Of a stretch of DNA of 64,000 bases, positions 1 through 24,200 are shown one piece after another; position 1 is the stretch's first letter; each line of letters opens with the position of its first letter. Below the pieces are notes generated by a model. The model did not search any database, was not told where the DNA came from, and saw nothing but the letters and a program-made list of their open reading frames with translations. Source of the DNA: Macrostomum lignano (taxonomy: Eukaryota); contig NIVC01000665.1 in the NCBI GenBank assembly GCA_002269645.1, forward strand, positions 124,001 through 188,000. Direction: 5' to 3'. Made by a program: the position numbers and the translations under genes.

Positions 1-660
1 CATATACGTAACTCCATGTCAAACATTGAAGCGACACCATGTCGAACATAAAAGAGCCACCATGTCGAACATTAAAGAGCCACCATGTCGAACATAAAAG
101 AGCTACCATGTCAAACATTAAAGAGCCACCATGTTAAACATAAAAGAGCCATCATGTCAAACATATAAGTGACTTTATGTCGAACATTAAAGAGCCACCA
201 TGTCTAACATTAAAGAGCCACCATGTCCAACATTAAAGAGCCACCATGTCAAAAATTAAAGAGCCACCATGTCTATCATTAAAGAGCCATCATGTCAAAC
301 ATTAAAGAGCTACTTTGTCTAACATTAAAGAGCCACCATGTCAAACATTAAAGAGCTACTTTGTCTAACATTAAAGAGCCACCATGTCAAACATTAAAGA
401 GCCACCATGTCAAACATAAAAGAGCCACCTTTTTGAACATTAAAAAGCCACTTTGTAAAACATAGAAGAGCCCCCATGTCAAACATAGAAGAGCCCCCAT
501 GTCAAACATAGAAGAGCCCCCATGTCAAACATAGAAGAGCCCCCATGTCAAACATAGAAGAGCCACTATGTCAGACATTGAAAAGCCACCGTATCAAACA
601 TAAAAGAGTTACCATGTACGAGCGTAGAACATAAAAGAGCCACCCTGTTAAACATAAAAA
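1..660. repeat. 23-bp tandem satellite (CATGTCAAACATTAAAGAGCCAC)
   Basis: Unit read directly; internal to Helitron-like copy A. Confidence 0.95.
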
Positions 661-749
661 GATACACAATTTCAAACGTAAAAGTAAGCGAATTTTAAAG
701 GAGCCGCTATAATGCTAAGGAAATTGTCGCACTAGCTACTTATTGTCTG

Positions 750-1175
750 GTGGATGCTTGCTATTTGGGGATGCTATCTATCTTGGGGATGCTTGCTATC
801 TGGGGGATGCTTGCTATCTGGGGATGCTTGCTATCTGGGGGATGCTTGCTATCTGGGGGATGCTTGCTATCTGGGGGATGCTTGCTATCTGGGGGATGCT
901 TGCTATCTGGGGGATGCTTGCTATCTGGGGGATGCTTGCTATCTGGGGGATGCTTGCTTTCTGGGGATGCTTGCTATCTGGGGGATGCTTGCTATCTGGG
1001 GGATGCTTGCTATCTGGGGATGCTTGCTATCTGAGGGATGCTTGCTATCTTGGGGATGCTTGCTATCTGGGGGATGCTTGCAATCTGGGGGATGTTTGCT
1101 ATCTGGGGATGCTTGCCATCTTGGGATGCTTGCTATCTAGGGGATGCTTGCTATCTGGGGGATGCTTGCAGTCTT
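750..1175. repeat. 18/19-bp tandem array (GGGGGATGCTTGCTATCT)
   Basis: Read directly; produces the spurious MLAIWG/GDACYL ORFs. Confidence 0.95.
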
Positions 1176-1944
1176 GGGATGATTTCTTTTTGCAATGCAC
1201 TTCATTTGAGCAGTTTGTCTGTTGTCTTTTTGAAGGATTTTTGGCTGTCTTTTTGTTACTTTAGAAAACAGAGATTCTATCCAGATGTCCCCCATCGGGG
1301 GGCGAAGATTGCTAGTCCTATATACTAAAAATGAGTTGTCTGTATGTGGGTAGGTATGCGATAGATTTCAGAAAAAATGGCTCAACCGATTTTCTTCAAA
1401 CTTGCACCATTTGATCAGAAATTTTCCTGGGACGGTACATGCATTTTGGCTAAGAAATTTCTCAATTTTAAAGGGATTAAATATTCGAAAAACATGCTTT
1501 TTGCAAAGGTCAAGCAGCTCTTTCGACCTGAAATGCATTGTAAGAATGCTAGAGAAAAAACTGACTGGCTGAATTCCGATTGTGATAAAGATTGCATTAC
1601 AAGTTGAAAACAGTGCCCAAGAAATGCACACACGACTTGATTTAAATTGCGTAACCATATTGCTAACTTAAATTGAGACTGATACTGGCTGACTGAGAAA
1701 TAGATGTCTGACTTACTTTTTACTCCAAAGTATGTCTGAAGAAACTTTTTACTCCAATTGACTTGCTGTAAGAATTGAATTATAAGGGCCACAATTCATG
1801 TTCTCCAATTGAAAAGAGATAGCCCTGATGCGAACAGACTGGAATGCTAATGAAGCGACCTGGGTTCGAATCTTAGTAGTGCAAAAAGATTTTTTTTATT
1901 AAAACACCTTAAAAACACAACAAAACTGCTAAACATCAAAGAAG

Positions 1945-4765
1945 CGCAATGTCAAACATAGAAGAGCCAACATATCGAACATAAAAGAGTTACCATGTCA
2001 AACATAGAAGAGCCACCCTGTCGAACATTAAAGAGCCACCATGTCTAACATAAAAGAGCCACCATGTCAAACATAAAAGAGCCACCATGTCAAGTATAGA
2101 AGAGCCACCATGTCTAACATAAAAGAACCACCATGTCGAATATAAAAGAGCCACCATGTCAAAAATTAAAGAGCCGCAATGTCAAACATTAAAGAGCCAC
2201 TATGTCTAACATTAAAGAGCCACCATGTCTAACAGTAAAGAGCCACCATGTCTAACATTAAAGAGCCACCATGTCGAACATTTAAGAGCCACCATGTCTA
2301 ACATTAAAGAGCCACCATGTCTAACATTAAAGAGCCACCATGTCAAACATAAAAGAGCCACCATGTCTAACATTAAAGAGCCACCATGTCTAACATTAAA
2401 GAGCCACCATGTCAAACATAAAAGAGCCACCATGTCAAACATAAAAGTGCCACCATGTCAAACATAAAAGAGCCACCATGTCAAACATAAAAGAACCACC
2501 ATGTCGAACATAAAAGAGCCACCATGTCAAACATTATAGAGCCACCATGTCGAACATTAAAGAGCCACCATGTCAAACATTAAAGAGCCACCATGTCGAA
2601 CATTAAAGAGCCACCATGTCCAACATATATGTGACTCCATGTCAAACATTATAGAGCCACCATGTCAAACATTAAAGTGCTACCATGTCAAACATAGAAA
2701 AGCCACCATGTCGAACATTAAAGAGCCACCATGTCTAACATTATAGAGCTACAATGAAGAACATTAAAGAGCCACCACGTAAAACATTAAAGAGCCATTA
2801 TGTCAAACATTATAGAGCCACCATGTCAAACATAAAAGAGCCACCATGTCAAACATTATAGAGCCACCATGTCGAACATTAAAGAGCCACCATGTCGAAC
2901 ATTAAAGAGCCAACATGTCTAACATTAAAGAGCCACCATGTCTAACATTAAAAAGCCACCATGTCAAAAATTAAAGAGCCACCAAGTCTAACATTAAAGA
3001 GCCACCATGTCTAACATTAAAGAGCCACCAGTAAAAAAATTATAGAGCCACAATGTCTAACATTAAAGAGCCACCATGTCTAACATTAAAGAGCCACCAT
3101 GTCTAACATTATAGAGCCACCATGTCGAACATAAAAGAGCCACCATGTCAAACATAAAACAGCCACCATGTCAAACATTAAAGAGCCACCATGTCTAACA
3201 TTATAGAGCCACCATGTCGAACATTAAAGAGCCATCATTACATTAAGGTGCCACCAGGTCAAACATTAAAGAGCCACCATGTCTAACATTGAAGAGCCAC
3301 CATGTCAAACATAAAAGAGCCACCATGTCAAACATAAAACAGCCACCATGTCAAACATTAAAGAGCCACCATGTCTAACATTATAGAGCCACCATGTCGA
3401 ACATTAAAGAGCCACCAGGTCAAACATTAAAGAGCCACCATGTCTAACATAAAAGAGCCACCATGTCAAACTTAAAACAGCCACCATGTCAAACATAAAA
3501 GAGCCACCATGTCAAACATATATGTGACTCCATGTCAAACAGTAAAGAGCCACCATGTCAAGCATAAAAGAGACACCATGTCTAACATAAAAGAACCACC
3601 GTGTCGAACATAAAAGAGCCACCATGTCAAACATTAAAGAGCCGCAATGTCAAACATTAAAGAGCCATCATGTCTAACATTAAAGAGCCACCATGTCAAA
3701 CATTAAAGAGCCACCATGTCTAACATTAAAGAGCCACCATGTCAAACTTAAAACAGCCACCATGTCAAACATAAAAGAGCCACGATGTCAAACATATATG
3801 TGACTCCATGTCGAACATTAAAGAGCCACCAGGTCAAACATTAAAGAGCCACCATGTTAAACATAAAAGAGCCACCATGTCAAACTTAAAACAGCCACCA
3901 TGTCAAACATAAAAGAGCCACCATGTCAAACATATATGTGACTCCATGTCAAACAGTAAAGAGCCACCATGTCAAGCATAAAAGAGACACCATGTCTAAC
4001 ATAAAAGAACCACCGTGTCGAACATAAAAGAGCCACCATGTCAAACATTAAAGAGCCGCAATGTCAAACATTAAAGAGCCATCATGTCTAACATTAAAGA
4101 GCCACCATGTCTAACATTAAAGAGCCACCATATCAAACATTAAAGAGCCACCATGTCAAACTTAAAACAGCCACCATGTCAAACATAAAAGAGCCACGAT
4201 GTCAAACATATATGTGACTCCATGTCAAACAGTAAAGAGCCACCATGTCAAACATTTAAGTGCTACCATGTTAAACATAGAAGAGCTACCATGTCGAACA
4301 TAAAAGAGCCACCATGTCTAACATTATAGAGCCACCATGTCGAACATTAACGAGTCACCATGTCAAGTATATTCGTGACTCCATGTCAAACATAGAAGAG
4401 CTACCATGTCGAACATTAAAGAGCCACCATGTCAAACATATATGTGACTCTATGTCAAACAGTAAAGAGCCACCATGTCAAGCATAAAAGAGCCACCATG
4501 TCGAATATAAAAGAACCACCATGTCGAACATAAAAGAGCCACCATGTCAAACATTAAAGAGCCATATTGTCAAACATTAAAGAGCCACCATGTCGAACAT
4601 TAAAGGGCCACCATGTCAAACATAAAAGAGCCACTATGTCAAACAATAAAGAGACACCATGTCAGACATTAAAAAAACCCCGAATCAAACATAAGAGAGC
4701 CACCATGTAGAACATAAAAGAGCTACCATGTCAAACATTAAAGAGCCACCATGTCAAACATAAAA
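1945..4765. repeat. 23-bp tandem satellite, ~120 units, with a 414-bp higher-order duplication
   Basis: Same unit as 1-660. The variant CTTAAAACAG recurs at 3471, 3747, 3885 and 4161. Confidence 0.95.
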
Positions 4766-4861
4766 TTTACACAATTTCAAACGTAAACGTAAGCGTCATG
4801 CCAATTTTAAAGGAGCCACTATAGAGCTAAGGAAATTGTAGCACTAGCTACTTATTGTATG

Positions 4862-5030
4862 GTGGATGCTTACTATTTGGGGATGCTTGCTATCTGGGGG
4901 ATGCTTGCTATCTGGGCGATGCTTGCAATCTTGGGGGATGCTTGCTATCTGGGGGATGCTTGCTGTCTGGGGGATGCTTGCAATCTGGGGGATGCTTGCT
5001 ATCTGGGGGATGCTTGCTGTCTTGGGATGA
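4862..5030. repeat. 18/19-bp tandem array, shorter copy
   Basis: Same unit as 750-1175. Confidence 0.9.
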
Positions 5031-5760
5031 TTTCTTTTTGCATTACACTTTATTTGAGCAGTTTGTCTGTCGTCTTTGTGAAGGCTTTTTTTGGCTGTCT
5101 TTTTGTTACTTGTAGAGAACAGAGATTCTATACAGATGTCCCCCAACGGGGGGCGAAGATTGCTAGTGTATATTAAAAATGAACTTTCTAGTCAATATCT
5201 AAAGCCGTAGTAAAAAATTCGCTTTGAAAACGCATTGCAAGTTACGTGTTTATTTTTTATTAAAATATTTTATCTCGAGATTAAAGCTTTAAAATCTGCA
5301 ACAACAAACAGATCGAGACTCACACGGAGATTATGGGCTTTGAGACAAAAACAAATTAGATTTTAAATAAAAACACATTTAATTCTGCTAATAAAAATAG
5401 AGCAATCCGTCTGAAGCCACAGTTCAAAAATTTAGGCTGCTTGCATCCACAATAACTAGAAAACTGCTTTACAACGAAATTAAGCAAATACATAATGTAC
5501 AAGCGAAACGATTAAAGACTTCTTCGAATTCGGTTATAAATTAATCTTCGACAGCTGCAAAGAAGACAACAGTTCGAATTCATCAACTAGCCCATGTTCC
5601 CATTTAAAGACAGATGGAATACAAATTATCGCATTTTCTGTAGCTTAAAGCAGCGCTTCACGTTACATGTGGAAAGCTCGTGTAACATTTAAACTGTTTT
5701 CGGCAAAATTCTTCCTAACTTAAACTCACGAAAAGATGTCCCAACCAGGTCACACACAGG

Positions 5761-18524
<12,764 letters not shown>

Positions 18525-19228
18525 GTTTTATAGATAGTTTTTAGTTGCAGATTACAGAATTGAGACAATCAGACCAAAGTCACGAGAATTGATCAATACT
18601 TTAACAATAAATATAGCCTTCATACCTGCTTGATCTGCAGTCATAGACATTTCTATATGGTCTTTATATTAGTTAACAGTAGTCATTGTGCAATTTTAAG
18701 TGATTTGATTATTAAAGACCAGATCATAGCTGCCATTTGGCTATGTGATAGGCTCTGAAAAGAGAAATTTAAAGTATAAATTATAAAAATAGAAACAGTA
18801 TTGATTGCAATAGCTTTATTTTTAAATACATAATACAAACTTTATTTCTATAATATTGACAAAAAAGTACTAAAGCCAAAGAGAAGAGTACTGCATTTTC
18901 TCTGAATTTTGCTGCTTTAGAAAAGAATAGTAAAACAAAAATTTTATAACAAAAATTGATGGAAATGGTATAGAATACCTAGACATCAACTGTTGGCATT
19001 AGACCCTAATTGAAATAGACAATGAATAAGAATAACTACTTAAAAATCCCCAAAAATATAATGTCGCTTTTGACAATATAAATGATTTTACAGGTTAAAA
19101 TGATGTCTTCATTATTTTTATTCCTTCAATAAGTCAATTTAAAAAAAAAGTTTTTAATTAAATATCTTGTAATTCTTGTGCCATGAATAATTGCAAATAT
19201 TTGAGCCATAGCCATATTTATTGTATTT

Positions 19229-19397
19229 CAGTAGCGCAACCAGAAATTTTTTGAGGGGGGCGGATTCTGGAGGGTAAAGTCCCGAGAGGGGGGCGGAGGG
19301 GTGGCTCTGTTTTTGGCAAAAATTCGCTTGGTCCCCCTTTGATTTTTTGGGTCTCCACCTAAGGGGGGGGCGACTCCCCCCTCTGGTTGCGCCACTG
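19229..19397. mobile_element. hAT-type MITE, 169 bp
   Basis: 16-bp TIRs CAGTAGCGCAACCAGA / TCTGGTTGCGCCACTG (1 mismatch), with an 8-bp TSD TTGTATTT / TTGTATTA. Confidence 0.8.
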
Positions 19398-21285
19398 TTG
19401 TATTAAATTACATAAATAGACAGATAGCAGCTAATTGTAGTAAACTGGGCATTATCTCAAACATTTAAACAAGGAATTCTTGAAAAACCAGAGATAAAAT
19501 TAGTAAAAATTATAAATTTATATTAAGAATTCCGAATTCATGTTCGCCAAAGTCTGATAATTTTTGTACGTTCCTATAAAATTGTGTATTTAAAATTATT
19601 CCACAGAGAACAGCATAGAAAGTTATATCTCTTCATATTATTTACATTGCTGTTTAATAGAGTAATATATTTGAAAAATTATTCTTTTTGTCATTTTTAA
19701 AAATGTTTTTTTACGATATTTTTGTTTTATTTTACAATCGGCATTAAAAAGGGCTGCGATCGTAAACGGCTAAACTGCTAATGCAAGTGCAGTGGAAGCT
19801 TTAGAAAGAAAATCATTTAATTTCCGAGCATGTATTACTTAAGGACTGCTCAAGTAAAAGGACAGGAAACTGTTTCTTAGAAAAATTTTGGAGGCATTAA
19901 AAATATCCGTAATTTATAAGATAACAGAGCGGAGATAGGTTTGCTTTTTTTCGGCACAAAATTGCCGTTGTGTGCAGACTGGAGCACTTTAAGCGACATA
20001 GGCACACAACCGGCGAGAGTCATTACTGCCCATTCCGCCGTCTTCTGATAGGAGGCATACCACTGTCTATCTTTTAATGTCTTGCTTTTCTCATAACTTT
20101 TAATAGAGTTTTTTGTTTAGCAAAATAGAATTCTATGTTACTTTTATATTCCTACGTACATTTCATGTTCACAACAGGCCCTAATTAAAAAATTCAGACA
20201 AAATGAATAGCTCAGGGGCGGATTTGGGAGGGGGCGGGGGGGGGGCGACCGCCCCCCACCAAAGCTTGACCGAACATATTGCGCCCCCCAAAAACCTAAA
20301 TTTGCGTCCCCTAAACTTGATTCTTTGCCTCCAAACGCAAATTTTAATTCGTTAGAACCTTTAATTCTTCAAAGCCAATTTCATTTAACTAAAGTTACAC
20401 AAATCCGTGAAGGACGGATGCAAAACAAGTTTACCTAGACAGCTACAAGCATTTTAATTATCAACATCAGCATTCTGCTGTACTGCACAAGTTCAGTAAT
20501 GAGAAGATCCAAACGATAACGAAGCCAATATGATTTTACATTTTTGTACGAGGCATATTGTAGTTCGTATTACGTAAATCAGTTTTAAGCCATGCAAGTC
20601 TTGAACTATGAGTGCATACGTAGAAGACTACATCAAAGCTGCCGTAATTTTTAGCAAAAAATTATTGACTCAATTTTGTCATTAAAATAAATAATAACAA
20701 GAACTGTTGCTTCAATGTTTTAGATGAACACAAGAAACGCGCCACGCAGTTTTGAGGCTGCACAATGATGGCTGGTTTCGTGTCTGTATATACTTGAAAT
20801 AAAAAGACGGTGCAAGATTACTTAAACTGGTATTATACTTGCATTCATTACTACTATGAGTACCAGCGACTATACAACAGCAGGAGCTGAGCGATGATGC
20901 TGTGACGATTACCAGAAAAGCCAACACATTTAATAATTGTAATAACAGTAATAATATTATAGTAGTAGTATTAGTAGTATTAACAGTAAAACTGTGCACC
21001 AAATGCCTAACAGAGACGGGTTAAAAATGCCAGTTAAATAATTACTTAAGATAAAAAATGCGTTTCATTAATTCGCTTACTAAATAAATGATATTAACAA
21101 TTTGGCTGGACTAATAACTAATTGAAAACTAATCATAATAAACAGAATAGTAAAAAATAATAGTGCAATCTGACATTAGAGAGATAAGAGATGGAATTAA
21201 AAACGCAAAATTATGTTTATAAAAATAATGTATTTACTAAGTGCATAAGCACGATTTCAAGGTGCTGAAATTACCGCCACAGAAT

Positions 21286-24200
21286 TCAAGCCTGATTGGC
21301 TCCCAGCGGATTAGGAGCCATCACGCGCCTGGCATAGCAACCGGAGTTGAGCCAGTGAGCAGCCCTGGCCACCTGCTCAGGGTCGATGGTGACACTCTTG
21401 GTGCAGTTGTCAGTCTTGTAGATGCCCACCAGCCGGTCCGACAGCTCGAACATGTTGTTGCGCAGACTGATCACAATGAACTGCGCATTGCGGGCGCACC
21501 GCTTGATGTAGTTGGCCACGATTGACACGTTTTTAAAGTCCAAAGCGGCGTCAATCTCGTCCATGAAGTACAGCGGAGTGGGCTTGTAGTGATGCAGCGC
21601 GAACACCAGCGCCAGGGAGCTCAGCGTCTTCTCACCGCCGCTCAGGTTGCCGATGGATTTCCAGCTCTTCTTCGGCGGCCGCACGGAGAACACCACGCCT
21701 TCGGTGAACGGGTCCAGCGAGTCCACCAGCTCCAGCTCCGCGTCTCCGCCGATGGTGATCATCTGGGGGGGGGGGGTAAAATTATGAGGTAAACAATGCC
21801 TACAGGTTCAATCCTCTTGAATCTTTCACCAGCTAAAGCAGGGGTCGGCAAACCCTCGTCTGCAGGCGATATGCAGCCTACCAGGCCTCGGGTCCTTTGA
21901 AACTTCACAATAGCAATCTGGCCCGCTCAGGGTTTGTCTCTTCTCAGCTCTCTAATATCCTCTCTACTCATTTTTCTCTCCTCTCCTCTCTTCTCCTTTC
22001 ATCTCTCGTCCCTTGTTTCCTCACCTCGCCTTTCTCCTAGCTATCTCTCTTCTCTACTCCTTCTCCTCTCTCCCCCTCCTCTGGCCTGCAGTCGGCACTG
22101 ATTAAGGAACAACAGAGATTAGCAGGGAAAGACAGAAGAAGCAGAGAGCAATGCCGCAGCACCTGGTACATCTCCTTGAGCTTGCCGGTGATGATGCGGA
22201 AGCCGCTCATGAACTCGGTCAGGCGGGCGTGCCGCCACTCCTCGTGCAGGCGGCGCTGCTCGTCGCGCACGGTGGTGACCCGATCCAGCTCGCCCACCTT
22301 GGCCAGGTAGGCGGCCTCCTTCTGCCTGTACTCGTCCAGGGCGCTCATGTCCGGCTGCATGCGGCCGACCTCGTCCTCGAGCTGCTGAATCTGCGTGCGC
22401 AGGCCGCTGTTGCGCAGCTCGTCAAGCTCGGCATCGGGCAGGGTGGGCAGCTTCCACATGTCCTCCACTGAGAAGCGGGGCCGCTGCTGCCGCTCAGCCG
22501 CTGTCGCCTCTGCCGACTGCTTCTGCCTCTTCTTCTTCTCAGCTCTGCGCTTCTGCTTCTTCGACAGTTTCTTTCCTCTGCGCTTCTCCTTCTGCTGCTG
22601 TCCCGGCTTCGAGCTTTGAACGCCCTCGTCTGTGCGTCTCCGCTTGGACTTCGGCGGCTCGTCCCCAGACTCCACCGGCTCCGACTTCACCGCGTCCGCC
22701 GCGTCCTCATCCTCGGCCTCTTCGCCACCGTCGGCGGGCACTTCCGGTTCCGCTTCCGCTTGGGGATTTTCTTCTTCTTCTTCCATGGCTTCATCATTGC
22801 CTGCTTCCTCTTTATCGTCTTCTTCATGAGCAGAAACGGAAGCTGCAACAGGCACCAGCTGCATCTGTTGCTCCCCTTGTTCTTCATCATCAGACGCCTC
22901 AGCTGTCTCATCTTTGTTGCTTTGATCTTCATCGGCATCACTGCCGTCCACCTCCATTGCGGCGTGTTCTTCATTCTCCTCAGCCTCCTCAGCTTCAGAC
23001 TCATCCCCGTCTTCATCAGCTGACTCGTCATCTTCCTCATCTTCGTCGCTTTCCTCTTCCTCCTGACTGGAAGCTGCGGCCGCGGCAGCAGCGGCCTCGG
23101 CCTCCTCCCGTCTGACGCGCTCTCGCTCAGCTTCCTCAGCTTCCTCTTCGTCATCCTGAATCCGGTGCAGCTGCAGCTGTTGCAGCTCGCGCTCCCAGCC
23201 GCGCCGTTTCCTCTCGTGCTCCTCGATGACGCCAACCACCGACTGCAGTTTGTGGCGCAGATCGACCTCGAGCTTGCGCAGCGACTGCTCCTCCTTCTCC
23301 AGCTCTTCCAGCTCCGATTTCATGCTGTCCACCTTCTCCTGCCATTTCTTCACTTCCTCCTGGGCTGCCTTGTGCCGGTTCATCAGGTCGCGGCACTCGC
23401 CCTCCAGCTGGTTCAAGCGGTCGCCAATGGTTGCTAGGCGGGTTTTGCACTCCTCCTTTTCCGTTTCAAGGCGAGCCAGGCGTTCTTCGGATTCGCGCAC
23501 CTGGAATGCGTTCGAGTGTTTTATTCAATGAATTTCACTTCAAACAGGTACGCATCTTATCTGCAGTAAAAATTAATATTTTCCATAGATTTTCGCACCT
23601 TTCGTTCCGCAGTGCTGGCTGCCACCTTAACCTTGGTGGACAGAGCCTTCTGCTTCTTTATCTCGGCAAGAACGGCGTCTAGCCGGCTTTGAATGACCTG
23701 AAAGTTGAAACAGAATGCGACGATTAATAAAAATGGACCAATGAGTTTGGATGTAGGAGGCTGGCCTAGCAACTGGGGATCTGGGAGGCTGGTGGCCCAG
23801 CAATGGAGGATCTGGGAGGCTGGCCCAGCAACTGGAGATCTGGGAGGCTGGCCCAGCAACTGGGGATCTGGGAGGCTGGCCCAGCAACTGAGGGTCTGGG
23901 AGGCTGGCCCAGCAACTGAGGGTCTGGGAGGCTGGCCTAGCAACTGAGGATCTGGGAGGCTGGCCCAGCAACTGTGGATCTGGGAGGCTGGCCCAGCAAC
24001 TGAGGATCTGGGAGGCTGGCCCAGCAACTGAGGGTCTGGGAGGCTGGCCTAGCAACTGAGGATCTGGGAGGCTGGCCCAGCAACTGTGGATCTGGGAGGC
24101 TGGCCCAGCAACTGAGGATCTGGGAGGCTGGCCCAGCAACTGTGGATCTGGGAGGCTGGCCCAGCAACTGTGGATCTGGGAGGCTGGCCCAGCAACTGTG

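Larger units (their letters stand above)
1..1315 (+). mobile_element. Non-autonomous Helitron-like element, copy A (5' end outside window), carrying 23-bp and 18/19-bp tandem arrays
   Basis: 3' terminus is a GTCCCCC-ATC-GGGGGGC hairpin (1287-1303) followed by GAAGATTG-CTAG (1312-1315), the canonical Helitron 3' signature. 661-1315 aligns with 4765-5166. Confidence 0.7.
1316..5166 (+). mobile_element. Non-autonomous Helitron-like element, copy B, head-to-tail after copy A
   Basis: Begins TC at 1316 (TCCTATATACTAAAAATGAGTTGTCTGTATGT...GGCTCAACCGATTTTCTTCAAACTT), resembling Lep1/DINE-type 5' ends. Ends with hairpin GTCCCCC-AAC-GGGGGGC (5138-5154) and CTAG (5163-5166). No Rep/Hel ORF. Confidence 0.7.

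Noticed and set aside
743-1264. MLAIWG/GDACYL ORFs (also 4844-5176)
   Set aside because: Translations of the 18/19-bp array.
20214-20410. CAGGGGCGGATTT... MITE-like start
   Set aside because: No matching right TIR or TSD could be established.
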